Origin: Lama guanicoe
Taxonomy: Eukaryota
Assembly: GCA_013239625.1 (NCBI GenBank)
Contig: MU054187.1
Coordinates: forward strand, 16,918,711 to 16,982,710
DNA length: 64,000 bases
Reading direction: 5' to 3'
The translations under genes were made by a program, and so were the position numbers. This document shows, piece by piece, positions 51,351-64,000 of the stretch. Below the pieces are notes generated by a model. That model saw nothing but the letters and a program-made list of their open reading frames with translations, searched no databases and had not been told where the DNA came from. Within the stretch, counting starts at the first letter, position 1. Each line of letters begins with the position of its first letter.

Positions 51351-53349
51351 GAATTTGCTTTTATATTAAAAATATTAATTTATTTTTAAAAAGCATAAGT
51401 CATACTTTCTAAAACTAATGACAGAATATTGAAGACAATGAAGCAAGTAGTTGAACAGGTAGGCTAATTGGTATTATTTTATTTTGCATCAGTGAAGTCA
51501 CATTGAATAATAGATTAATGCTAATTCTTAAAAAAAGTGAAACAAGGTGATAATGCAAATCTATATTCACTGAAATAAAACGGTTCATTAGATAGGTGGC
51601 TAGGGATATAATGGTGGATACACAAATTTCTACCAAAATGTCTAATTAGATAATGAAACATATGCACAAAAATATTAAGTAAAAGGAACTATTTTGATTA
51701 AGCCACTTTATACAATAAAACAATGAAACAAAAAGCCATGTCTCACCTTATTTTAGGTCTAATACATGATTTTTGACATGAAGTACATAGACTATTAAAA
51801 ACATATTTTACTTTGGAAGCAAGTGTATTTGTTTGAGAAATGTTAATGTGTTAGAGAACTAGGATTTTAAAATCTAAACAAGAAATCAAGATTTAGACAT
51901 GCAGATATTATTTTACTTGGAGTCCATAAAGGAAGAATTATGCTTTATTGCTTTTAACCCGTCTCTGCAAGGAAGATAAAAGGACAAGAAACAAAAATAG
52001 TAAGTTTCTTAGAAAAAAAATTGAGGTCAATATAATAAAAATGCCACCAAATACTGGCCATCTTTTTTTTTTTTCCTATTTTTTAAAAAAAGTATTATTT
52101 GCTTTTAACCTGGGTAATAGAGCAAGCCAAGATAAAAATTTCAGACTCTTTTTCTTTGGCCAAATGAATAATACCCTACTTAAACTGTGTTCTTTCTCAT
52201 TCCATCTTATTTCTTGGAGTGTTTGGGAGATGGAGGTAGTTCTTCATTATCTACTTTACGTCCTAGAGGTGACAACAATAATAAAGTTCATTCTGTCCCC
52301 ATGAGAACTCATTCATCCCTTCATTCAATTAATCCTTACTGCTGGGCATACTGAGAGTCATTGGGGTGCTATCCATACAATTCAGGACATTTGAATGCCA
52401 CAGCAATAACCAGGAAGAATGTCAATGTTGTTTTGGGATTTCTTACAGAAGATTATACAATGGAGAGACTGTTGCTAAACTTCCAATAAAGACACTTTTT
52501 TTTCGTCTGTGAAAATAACACTTATAAAAAGCAAGACCTTCTCCTTCTCAACGTACTCGTACTTTCATCTCTCATTTTCCACCCTTTCTCATGCGAAGAT
52601 GGATCCACTCTGTTCTAAACACAGCTGGTCTCTTGTTGCAGTTTTTACTTCCGCCAAAATCTTGTACCATGAATGTTCACTTTTTCGTGAATAGCTAATC
52701 CTCCCATTTTCCACTAAGTTTTTATCTTTCCAACTACAGCTATTTTCAGTGATGTCCATACATTTAAAAAGCAAAACAAAACAAAACAAAATTGTCTCCC
52801 AACTGTCCCTTTACCTTAGCCACTATATGTTTTGTAATCATGGGAAAATTTCTTAAAGATGTAACCTACTCCCACTCACTTGCTCAAGTTCCTTCTGAAA
52901 GGGACTGTCTAGGATCAGTGGAGACCCCCAGTGCTAAATCCAACAGCTCCTTCTCGAGCTAGAACCTACTTGAATCCTTAGTATCTGTAAAACCTTTGAC
53001 CTTGAGGACCATCCCTCACTGAAAAAGAACTGTTCCTTTAGCTTCATCTGCAATATTGTCTTTTAATTATTTATTTAAACTTATCATGTAGGTTCTTCTT
53101 TCTAAATTTTTTTCTTAAAAGTGTGTGTAACATGTTTCTTTCACATTGTTCACATATAAAAATGTGTGTTGACTTCAGAAACTTTCAATGAGGATTGAAT
53201 AAGAGAATGTGTACAAAATTATTGACATAGACCAAGAAACTTTAACTAATAAATGGGAGATATTATTATAATCATTGTTCACAGTATTACATCCTAGTCT
53301 AACATAGTGATGACTGCTGAATCCAAGCTCTGTCAGCACTATAGGTCCC

Positions 53350-53561
53350 TTCATTATCCAATAAAATTTTCTGTGATGATGAAAACACTGTACAACTCTG
53401 CAATCCAATATGGCAGCCATCATCCAAATGTGACTTCCAAAGCGTTTGCAACATGGTTATTGTGAAGGAGGAGCTGAACTTTTTCATTTTACTTAACCTT
53501 AATTAATGTAAAATTAAATAACCACATGTGACCAGGGACTGGTGTATTGGACAAAACAGCC
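53350..53561. mobile_element. hAT-Charlie MITE (MER3-like)
   Basis: tccaataaaattttctgtgatgatgaaaac...tccaatatggcagcca...ccacatgtgacc...gtattggacaaaacag. Confidence 0.8.
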
Positions 53562-53744
53562 CTAGACCTTCACTTTTTAACTTCTTGCAAGACATTAAGT
53601 TTGCAAAGTTAAAACATGCTTAACAATCAACTTTCCCTTCTATATATTATAGAACATGCTACTTTTCTGAATTTCCTATTTCAGTTAATGGCATCACCAT
53701 TCACCAAGGCAACAATGTTCAAATGCTATGTGATGTATTAGGAT

Positions 53745-53990
53745 TCATTCTGAAATGAAAAGAGCATGACCTTTGAATCAAACACACCTGGCTTCGAATA
53801 GGGCATCTCCATTTCCTTGCCATTTGACCTTGGGCAAATTAAATAACCTGCAAGAGACTCACTTTTTTTTTATTTGTAAAATGGAAATAAATATATGTAT
53901 CACACGAGGTTATTACGAGGATTAAATGGCATAGCATATGTAAAACACCTGGCACAGTGGCTGAGCATATAAAGCGTATATATTTCATAA
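53745..53990 (+). mobile_element. MIR SINE (within degraded L2 flanks at about 52.7-54.3 kb)
   Basis: tgaccttgggcaaattaaataacct...tttgtaaaatggaaataa...gaggattaaatgg...tgtaaaacacctggcacagtg. Confidence 0.85.
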
Positions 53991-54269
53991 ATATACATTA
54001 CCTTTTTTCTTGCCTCCCATTTCAAATGGATTAACAGATTCTATTGATCTCCTGTTGAAATATTTTATGAGTCTCCCCTTTTTCATTCCCATTGAATATG
54101 TTCTTATTAATCTCCTCACCAAATTTTCCCAGTAGAATAGCCTCTTACTCAATACCTCTTTCCCAGTGCTCTTTTAGTAATATCTCTTCCTCTTATCCAA
54201 CCCATACCCTAAATTTCTACAAAACAGCTTTCCAAAACATAGATCTGATCTTGTCACTCATTGTTTATT

Positions 54270-56300
54270 TCTTTATAATTTTATTACATAAGTATGTAAT
54301 TCTGCATTGCATGGTTCTAATTTTTATAAAGTAAGTGGTACCACAAGTGTAGCATACTACAAGTATCCTTCTGTAACCCTCTTATTTGCATCTTTGGAGT
54401 CCACAATTATAATTTTAGTTATACATAACTGTCATTTTTTAATTTTTATATTTACAGTACATGTAAAAAATAAGTGACAATTTAGTCATTTTTCTGTTGA
54501 CAAACATTTCAGGCTGCTTTGAACATTATAGTATATTTTTGCTAATGAACATGTACAAACAGTTTTCTAGAACATACACCTATTACATGCAATAAAATGA
54601 ACGCTTTTTACTAAGAGTACAGCTGATTGAATTTTCCGTATGTATACCCCTCTGTAACCACCGTCCAAATCAAGATACAGAATAGTTCCAATATCCCAGA
54701 AGGTCATTAGTACCTCCTGTCCCCAGGAATGCAATTCTGAGTTCTATTACTCTATATTCATGTTCTGCAGCTTCATGTATAACAATGCACTCTTTCACAT
54801 CTAGCCTCTAGTCCTAAATATTGCATTTAAAAGATTCATCCATGTCTCGCATGTAGCTGCAGTTTTTCTTCCTCACCCATTGCTGTTAACTATCTATTAT
54901 ATAAATACCCCATGACTTATTTATCCATTGTATATCTGACCTGTATTTGAATTATTTCCACTTTCTTGTTATTAAGAATAAAATTTTCATGGAATGGACA
55001 TAACACACTCATTTCTGTTCAGGTTATTCCTAAAAATGAAATGGCTAGCTCACAGGGTAAACACATTTTTAGCTATAGTAAATACTCTTCACATCATTTT
55101 TCAAAGTGGATTACCAACCTATATTCTTACCAGAAATTTTTGAGAGTTTCAGTTGTCCCACGTCCTCTACAATATTTGCAATTCTGGTTGCCATTTACAT
55201 AGGTTTGTTGTGATAACACATTTTGGTTGTGCTTTTATTTCACTGATAACTAATATTTGAAAGCAATTTTTCATGTGATTATTATCATCTGAATATTTTT
55301 TATGAAGTGACTTTTTGTGACATTTACCCATCATTTTGTTCTCTTTTTTTGTCTTTTTATTTTTGATTTATAAGACCTATTACATAGTCTGTAACGAATC
55401 ATTTGTTGAATATATGTATTACAAAAATCTGTACTAACTCTGTGGCTTAACTTTCCCCTCTTACTGAGCATTTGATGAAAATAAGTTCTAAATTTTCATG
55501 AGGTACATTTTAAAAAATATTTCTTTTACTGTTAGTGATGTTATAGCATACTATTTGATGTTAACTCTAAGTTCATGAAAAATTTCTCCTATGCTTTCTT
55601 CTTTAAGCTTCATTATTTTAGATTCTATATTTATTTCTATGATCCATCTGGAATTAATTTTTGTGTATGGTTTGTATAGGGTCAGGGTCCATTTTTTCCC
55701 ATATGGATATTCAATTGACCCACCACCATTTATTGAAAAGACAATTACTTCCCCCACTGAACTGTGGAGGTGGCTTTGTCATAAATCAGGTTACCGTATA
55801 TATGTGAGTCTGTGTCTGGAATCTGTATTCTCAGCCACTGAAACACTTATCTTTGTGCAAACATCATACTGTATAAACTGCTGTAGCTTGAAAATAAGTT
55901 CTATAGCTGGTAAATGCAACAGTTTTGTTCTTTTAAGGATTGTCTTTCCTGCTCTATGTTTTAGCTCCTCTACATTTCCATGTATATTTTGGAATTAGTT
56001 TGCCAATATCTAGAAAAACCTGCAGGATTTTCTAATGTACACTACATATTTCCCTCTAAGAATCCTGTCGATATGACGTAACTTCATTACTATTCATTTC
56101 AGGTAATGTCAAATAATCTTTATGAGTTCCTTAGTAGCATGTTTTTAATTTCCAAATGTTTGGAATGTTTTGTTTATCTTTCTGTTTTGATTTCTAATTT
56201 GACTGTTGTGGTCAGATAGTCAGTACATTTTCAGTCTGTTGAAATGTAAGGAGATCCATTTAATAAGACAGATTTTGATCAGTTTTAGTAAATACAGTGC
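54270..56300 (-). mobile_element. Old L1M 3' UTR and ORF2 fragments, antisense
   Basis: tgtaaccaccgtccaaatcaagatacagaa, tgatccatctggaattaatttttgtgtatgg, tatggatattcaattgacccaccaccatttattgaaaag. Confidence 0.85.
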
Positions 56301-56357
56301 ATGCACTCATACGTGGTACTGCCTCTCTCTTCAGGAGACAAATGGTAGCGCGCTCCC

Positions 56358-57660
56358 TGTGACAGGTTGCATTTTCCAAAGATAGCCACACAATAGTTTC
56401 CATCCCACATAATTTACTATGTGACCATCACATTTTTCACTATTAAGAAGTGGGATCTGTGTCTTTTTCCCTTGAACACGGTGAACTTATGATTTCCTTA
56501 TACCCAAAAGAATTCTGTGGAAATGATACTACATGACTTACAAAGTTAAGGCAGAAAGTGTGTGTGTTTCTGTCCTATTCCCTGGAATACTTAGTTCTGG
56601 AGCCCTCAGTCACCACCCCCTGAGGAGTCTAACTGCCTGGAAGTCACTATGCTGTCAGCAGTGAAAGCACATAGAAAGGCCACTGCAGGTGCTCTGGTCA
56701 GCAGTTCTAATGTGTCTTTCCAGTCAAGGCCCCAGACATGTGACTGAATGGAACTTCATGTGTTTCCAGTTCCAACATGTCAAATCACCCATAATCTTCA
56801 AGACTTTCAAAACTGAAACTCTGATCACCATGAAAGAGAGAAAAGCTGGTTCCCCACTGTGTCCTTTCCAAGATTCTGTCCCACTAAAGTTGTATAATAA
56901 AATAGTTATTATGTTACGTCGAAAGTGAAAGATAAACAATTATTTTATACCTGGAAATCAAGGGCTGCTATCACCTACAACCAAAGTATATTGTATTGGC
57001 TTTGAGATTGGGCAATGAGCTGAAACTGAAAAAGCCAAAAAGACAACAAGATGGCTGGAAGAATTGGGGATAAGAAAGACCCTTGTTATTTGACTGTGCA
57101 CAGCCTAGTAAAATGTTAACCTGTAGCAGTATGACACATATAAAACATGTAATGAACCAGTGCTCTAACTAAGAGATTCAGGCAGAGTATTGAGGGTGAA
57201 TTCTGGCTTCCTCTATTATGTGCAATAAAATAAGGGACAATGTACATTAAAGAATAAGCTACTCAGTTTTCAAGTGAAATTGAAAGTACCTGTAAAGGTG
57301 TCAAAACTGACTTTTCATCTAGCAATGGGTTTTTAAAATAAGAAAGGGCCTCAGGTCAAAGACCAGGTTATTCTGGATCTGTAAGATCCTTTCTTAAGAG
57401 GTCAATATTTAAGGCAGATTTTTTTTTCCCTTCAGACAGGAAAAAAAAAGGCTTTCTAAATATTTTAAGAGCATGCCTCACAGAAATTCTCTACTATGAA
57501 TTGTAATGGCAAAATTCCACAGCATCTTCCTAGAAATTCCAATATAGAGAAGAATCTATCATGAAGACATTTGTGGGAGACTTACCTCTAATGGGGATCA
57601 TTATAAACTGATACATAAAATGCCCTCCCATTTTTAAAGAAATTGCAGCTACTTTGATGG
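56358..57660 (+). mobile_element. MaLR LTR (MLT1F/G/H-like, about 56358-56940) plus probable internal-region remnant
   Basis: tgtgacaggttgcattttccaaagatagccacacaa...tccatcccaca...caaggcccagacatgtgactga; followed by tacctggaaat..gggctgcta..tattggctttgagattgggcaatg. Confidence 0.7.
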
Positions 57661-60600
57661 AAAGGGGTATTGAGAACTGTGAATGGTCTGAGCTATGACC
57701 CTACTTGCAAGTTTACCAGCTAACTTGCCAAAATTGCCCAGATACAGTCATTATATAGGAGGTTCTTGGGTCAGAAATGAAGAATAGTTAATAACAGCCA
57801 AAAGCTTCAGTGTTTTGCACCGATTCCTCAAATCCCCATTCCCACAGTGCAATGTAAAGAGGGACAGATGACATTTGAACTGCAGACTTTTGATATAGAA
57901 GGGGACTTTGAGTTTAAGAGACTATCTTTTTGCGATGGTTGGTAAACACATCTAACTTTTGACACTGAGGGAGACAGTGTGTTTATTATACTAAGAAGTA
58001 TGCACAACAGCCCTTGGCTCCAAAGATAGACGCTATATCTCCCAAGATAAGAAAACTTGTCCTTTTCTGCAAAGTGAGAAACTGTTATCTCTCTTCCTAG
58101 ACTGTTTGCTATACATTCATCCTTCAAAAGATGTTCCTGAACAAACGTCATGCCTTACCCACGAGACCTGCTGAAGCAAAGGAGACCCATGGAAGAATCG
58201 TCTCACAACAGGGCAGGAGACAATTTAAAATGAAATGAGGCATACCTAGCTTTTGCTTTGTTCATTTGAAATCATATCACAAATTACGTATGTGGCAATT
58301 ATATTTTCATTCATCACTGTGGAGAGGATGTATTTTAGAGTTAGGGGTTGCTTCCAGGCACGAGGGTCCTTGCAATTCTATCACATTTCCTATTCTCCCA
58401 ATAGCGGGAAACAGACTGTGGCTTGGATCCTGCTATTATTTATCCATCCTTCTTGCTGGCTGAGTGTTTGCTTGGTTTAGAGTGTACACGTCATCCCTTC
58501 TACACTCTTCTATGCCAAACTCCTCCTCTGGGCACCAGTTCCCTGCTCTGACAGCTCGGCCCCAGGCGCTCAGCGCGCACTGCTCACCTGGACCAGGAGC
58601 TCCTTTATTGCCCGACACAGTGCTTTGCCTGCCATGACTCCCTCAACAAATTACATCGATTCCTTCCCCAAAGGAGCAAATCTAGCCCTAAATTCTGTCA
58701 CCTCCACTCTTTCCCTGCTCTGAAAGAAAGGATAGAATTTTATAGCTCCTTCAGTGCAGACTAGGGACTGTAACTCAGAAAAAGCAAGAGACCCACCACA
58801 TGAGGTCACGCACTCAGACAGTAGCAGCTCAGGATCAGAATCTCGCATCTCTTGGTTATACTTGAATAGAATAATAATAAATCATAAAACACACAGTGCA
58901 CACCGGGAAAGGATAGTCTACAATTCCCTATGCAAATCTACAGCATTATATATAAGAACCTTCTAACAAGTAGAGACTCAAGTAAAAATATAAAGATATA
59001 CGCTATTTCCATAATTCAAAGAAAAAGATTAGTTAATATTTTTGAGGATTACTACTGTAAATATATGTACAATTATAGCAATTTTTGCTTATTTGTTTTT
59101 TTCTAAACAAAAATTTTAAGTAACAATATCTTAAAATCCAGGAAATTAATGTTTATCAATTTGTCTCTGAATATTTAACTCAGTGTTTATATCATAGACT
59201 TCAGACTCACTACCTAATTTACATTCTTAATGCATGATTAAACCATTTTATATTGACAAGCTCTGATCACAGCAAAACACAGATAGGTTCAGGAAAACAA
59301 AAAAAAAATCATTCTTTTTTTCCCCTCAGACTGTAAATATCTTTGTTTCTAAAAGAATTTATTTACAGTGGTACTGTGTACTATTAATTGCATTATCATT
59401 TTTTTCTACTTTAATCATAATAATAGCATTGTGAGTAAAATAAATAATTTATTTGATTGCAATTCAAAGAATTTTGTATGGATTTATATTTTCTTGGGCA
59501 AAGTGCTTATGATCTTTTCATCCATTTAGACCACTGAAAGAAAGGTAAAATGGGTTTAAAATGGATATAAATTATTCATAGTATTTTTATTCAATTTTCC
59601 TTTAAGAAAGAGAAATCAAATATATTTTTCTTCAGCCTTTAAAATGGAGATTTGGACTCTTATGCTCAGTGGATCAGTAACATGATGTCACGAGGAATTT
59701 GACTTATATCACCTCAGTTTTCTTACAGAGACCCTTGTCACAGAGCTTTGCCACTTTCACAGAAAGAATTCCTACATAGCTATGAAAATTATACTTAGGC
59801 TTAATTTTGCAGCTATATAAAACCATCCTGTAATGGTAGGCACTAAATTATGGGTTCTTAAGTTTGGTTTCATGTGATTTTATTTGCTTTGTTCTCAGTA
59901 TTTGATATGAAATTGGCAATAGAGAGTGAATGACTATGCACTTACGGCCTCTCTTCTATGTGCTAGTATTCCACTGATGTTAAAAGAAATTTAGCCCTGA
60001 TAAATTGAAAGTAAGAACCGTATCTGTAGTTAAAGTATTCAAGGGTTCCACTTTATATTCCTCTATAAGTAAAAATAGAAACTTCACATGCTAAAAAAAT
60101 TGCCACGCACCAAACAGTAAATTTGTAATTTCTCCATCAGAAGAGCCAGAAATTCAACATATGTAAACCCTGTAGTCTGAACATCTATTTCAAAGAGTGA
60201 AGAGCCATCATCCTGAAAGATCTGTCAGTAAATGAACTGCATACCTTGTATGATCTGACTTTAAATTTGAGATGGCCAGGAATTGGGGATGTTTGAAAAT
60301 TAAAGTTGTAACATTTTCCACATTTTTAATTTTTAAAAATCTAGTATGCCAAATGTAATCGGCATTGTTACACGTGCTAATGTCATGCTATTTTCTAATC
60401 TTTTGCATAATTTTAGTTATTCCGCTAATGACTTTTTCAGCACTTAATTTAATATTCTGAGCAATGATTACCCTTTCAAGTTTTTTCATGTAAGCCTTTT
60501 GCTAGATCATGAGACAAAATTTGTCTTTTGTTGCACAGGAGCCTCTATTTAGGTGACTTTTAACTAAGAATATCAGATGCAATGCCAAACACAAATGATA

Positions 60601-61572
60601 AAAAAAAAATTGTGTATATGATGGTGTTCTTATTTTTACATAATACTATTCATGATGAGACTGGAACATGGTCAAAGTGTTATAGATACTGTTCTAGGGC
60701 CTTTAAATTGTAAGTTATGGAAAGATTATGATCAGTTAGTGTCATAATATGGCCAGTGACTAACAAAGATTCATCATGTATTAGATGTGCAATTTTTTTG
60801 CCTAGCTCATTGCTATAGATTTTGTGATCATACTTCCAGCATGTTTATTTATTTATTTAAAAACCTATTGAATATTATTTAATTATTATAGTATATGCAT
60901 TATGAAACATACACAAAAAGAACAATGGAAAAGGTAGAATAATGTTGAAGATCGATAGAACTAGTTTTATCTTATAACCTTGCTTTGTAGACCACTATAC
61001 TAGATTACTGAAGCCGCTCTGTTCTGTCTGTAGAAGTGTTACGCAAATCTACACTTACTCCACTGAAAGACTTTTTTTTTTTTTAACTGTAAGTAAGTGC
61101 AATTCCCTTTATTTTTCAAGAGCTACTCATTCTAGTCTGGTCTAATCTATTTTTATTTTAATTCTATATTTCTGAGTGTCTCATGATTGCTCCTTTTTTC
61201 TTGAAACTCACAACATGTGACTTTCATGCAACTGAACAGCCTTGTCTAAATTTTGGCACCAATATCCCACCAAAGGACTCCTATAATTAAGATGTTACAT
61301 AATTTTAAGTCCAAACCAAGACATTGTTAATAATTACTAAGTTTGCCAGGATAACAGGACAACAAACAGCGCTCTCCTGGGAAAATGGCAGCTTATATTT
61401 ATCAGACCAGTAACAGTCATTATGAAGAGTAAGTAGAAAAAACATTCTCCCACTAGGTCTCACCTGAAGCCATTTATGTCTCTGGAAGTCGCTTGTATAT
61501 AGCTGTTTAAATGTCTTATTAATTAGCCTACCATTGTCTTTTAGCTCCCTCTAAGTTCCTCATTAAAAAGAT

Positions 61573-61645
61573 GACTGAAGCATTATGCTGTACACCAGAA
61601 ATTGACACAGCATTGTAAACTGACTATATTTCAATTAAAAAAATT
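61573..61645 (+). mobile_element. Severely 5'-truncated young L1 tail
   Basis: gactgaagcattatgctgtacaccagaaattgacacagcattgtaaactgactatatttcaatt + A-tail; ttaaaaagat on both sides (probable TSD). Confidence 0.8.
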
Positions 61646-62099
61646 AAAAAGATTTGGTCTGTGACATTTTATGACTATTTTCTTCCTTCTGAACTTTTAA
61701 AATCTTTCATATAATAACAAAAAATTGTTTAAAAGAATTGAATAAAATAGGTTGCTGTGGGTTTTTTCCTCTTCTTTTAGACAGTGGCAAGACTAAAATG
61801 TACACAGGGAGAAAAGTATCTGACAAAAAAGTGTATATGTGGAGAGGAAGTGTGTAACATAAAGGAAAAAACACAGCCCCAAAATGTTCTTTGTTGTATA
61901 TACCGCGGTAAAATTTCTATAGGGGTTGGTTTAGTGAAGAAGACTTGAAGGGGAAACAATTCTCAGTTGGAGAAAGTAGAAATATTTTTTCTACACCTGT
62001 TTAATGACACTACTTTAGAAGGAATAGAACTACTCTGGCTTTTTTTCACATTTATTTATTCATAGGTTATAACAACACTACATATAATTTTATTAGGCC

Positions 62100-62780
62100 A
62101 AGTTAATAATATCTGACACGTTGTAGTGCATAATCCTTGCACTCTGTAATGTTAACTGCATAATTGCTTGGTTGAGAGGTGCATCAGGTCAGAACACCTG
62201 ATGACTTGGCTGGATTGAACCAGCTAAACCGAAATTAATGGGTTTTGATCTATCAGATTTTAGAATATATTTTAATTTAATTAATTAAAGTTTAAATTGA
62301 GTTCATTTCTCAGAAAAATTCTTAAGAGCGCAGTTAATTAGCTAAGGTCCAAATTTGCCAGCTGATTTTAATTTGATGAGGGATTTCTACTGGGCTCTTA
62401 ATTGCTATATTTGCCTTTTCAAAATCATAAATTCAAAGTCCAAGAAAAAGCGGCTAGCCAATTGCAGTAATACATTACAGAGAAAGCATATATCCATGAG
62501 AAACATTATTGGAACTGTGTGCATTATTTTGAAAAAAAAAAGGAAAATTATGTGTGATAATAGAACTGTAATTATGTTTTTCAGATACCACTGCAAGTTC
62601 ACTAGGATAAAGTCTTTGCTTATTGAAAAAAGAATGCATTCTACTGAGTGAAAAATGTCACAAAACAGGGAGCATAATGTTTTCTGACAATGGTCAACTT
62701 AAAGCATATTTTTTCATTTCAATTAAAAAAATCCACCCACTATCAAAAGTATTTTGCCAATGTAAGTGTTCTTTTCAAAA
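62100..62780. promoter_or_regulatory. Candidate conserved non-coding/enhancer-like element
   Basis: Repeat-free, dense in TAAT/TAATTA homeodomain-type cores (e.g. ttaatttaattaattaa at about 62272, gttaattagc at about 62333), with short palindromes. Conservation not tested. Confidence 0.35.
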
Positions 62781-63764
62781 GATACATGGTAGAAAGTCAT
62801 TTTAAGTAGTCCATTCTCATCCTTACTATTTCATAAACAGGACTCCACAAAACAAAGTAGTACATCTGTTTCAATGCATTGCCTTAATTCTCATTTTAAG
62901 AATAGAAATTTTCATAATTTTTTATAGAAAGCACTGTGGAGCTTTCTATTACATGGAGTCAGAAATACTATTCATATTTCTGTGGGGAAATTATGGAAGA
63001 AGGATGCTTTTATTTAGGATGTTGAGGTAAACTATGGGGAACCCATTCATTATAAGCAATATCTCAAGAAAATAAATCTTAAAATTAAGTAGCGACTAGA
63101 TATATTTTCATAACGAGGTTATAGTAATGGAAAGTGATGCCTAAGTCATCTATGCTATTAATAATTTGAAAATTGGAAATTATTCTCCAAATGAATTGAG
63201 ATTTCATGTATTCTTAGGTTCAGAGTTAAATGATTTTGTTTTTAAATTGTTTAAATACTATTATTTAACTTGTAAATACTTTCAAGACCCTTCAAATGTA
63301 TCCTGTAGTGGTTACTGTCCTGAAGACACAATTTGAAATGAGTCAAGTCCATGGTTCACCACTAAGAAGAAAGGTCATCAAAAAAAATGCCTACTCAGGG
63401 ACATATACATTGGATTTTTATAAGGGAGATAATCATCTTCTTCATGTTAAGCACTGAGATTTTTGAAGTTATCTGTTACACGTTCAACCTGTTGTGACTG
63501 ATACACTTTCCAAATGGGTGATAGTTACTCTGTGTCCTAGAGAATGAAGAGAAGTTCATAATGGAAACGTGATGCATGACTTCTGTGGAAGTAGAATATT
63601 TGCTTTCAAATAGAGGAAACAGCAAGGGGAAGGCCAGGAGGAGGGGGAGGGAGGGAGGGAGGAACAGAGAGAGGAGGAGAGAGAACACAAGCTAGCACAC
63701 CTTGTTTAGCTACGGTGAAGTGCAGTGTCTGCGTGCCTCGTATCTCCTTCCTGCTCCCCTTTGC

Positions 63765-64000
63765 TCACTGGGCCCCAACCACATTAGCTGCCTCTCTGCT
63801 CTCTAAAGATACCAATCTCGTTTCTGCTCTGGTTACCTCCCCTACCTGAAATGTCTTCTCTGGAAGCTTTGTTTAGCTAACTTCTATTCATCCTGTGTAT
63901 CTCAAATTAAATGACTCTACCAAGATGCATCCCTGAAAACCCAGTTTCAGTTAAACCCTTGTTAATCTCTTTCATAGCACCTCTTTATTTTCATTTAAGA
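63765..64000 (+). mobile_element. L2 fragment
   Basis: cctacctgaaatgtcttc...tagctaacttctattcatcc...tctcaaattaaatg...ctctttcatagcacct. Confidence 0.65.

Noticed and set aside
55551..55998. 68-aa and 135-aa ORFs
   Set aside because: L1 ORF2 remnant (LYKPYTKINSRWI) and its antisense frame; not a host gene.
1..64000. CRISPR arrays, operons, rRNA or prokaryotic-type systems
   Set aside because: The sequence is mammalian; tandem repeats are simple microsatellites with no repeat-spacer structure.

Overview
AT-rich mammalian genomic DNA, most likely camelid (a vic-1-like tRNA-derived SINE at 13249-13410). There is no intact protein-coding gene and the ORF track is essentially noise or repeat-derived. 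The main hidden structure is a heavily decayed, multi-exon (unprocessed) pseudogene on the + strand, spanning about 2.7-38.1 kb. Its remnant exons still carry splice signals and translate into a long coiled-coil protein that, from my recollection of the human sequence, is collinear with PMFBP1 but too divergent to be its orthologue, so probably a lost PMFBP1/CCDC18-family paralogue. Inside one of its introns (24.0-26.6 kb) is a weaker candidate for a second, antisense multi-exon coding remnant with CpG retention. The rest is ordinary interspersed repeats (L1, L2, MIR, MaLR/MLT1, MER21, a MER41-like solo LTR, MER3, a Tigger-type MITE), some nested with readable target-site duplications, plus a few palindromic or homeobox-motif-rich non-coding segments. 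No database searches were run. Family names and protein similarities come from pattern recognition and need confirmation, and coordinates of old repeats and weak exons are approximate.
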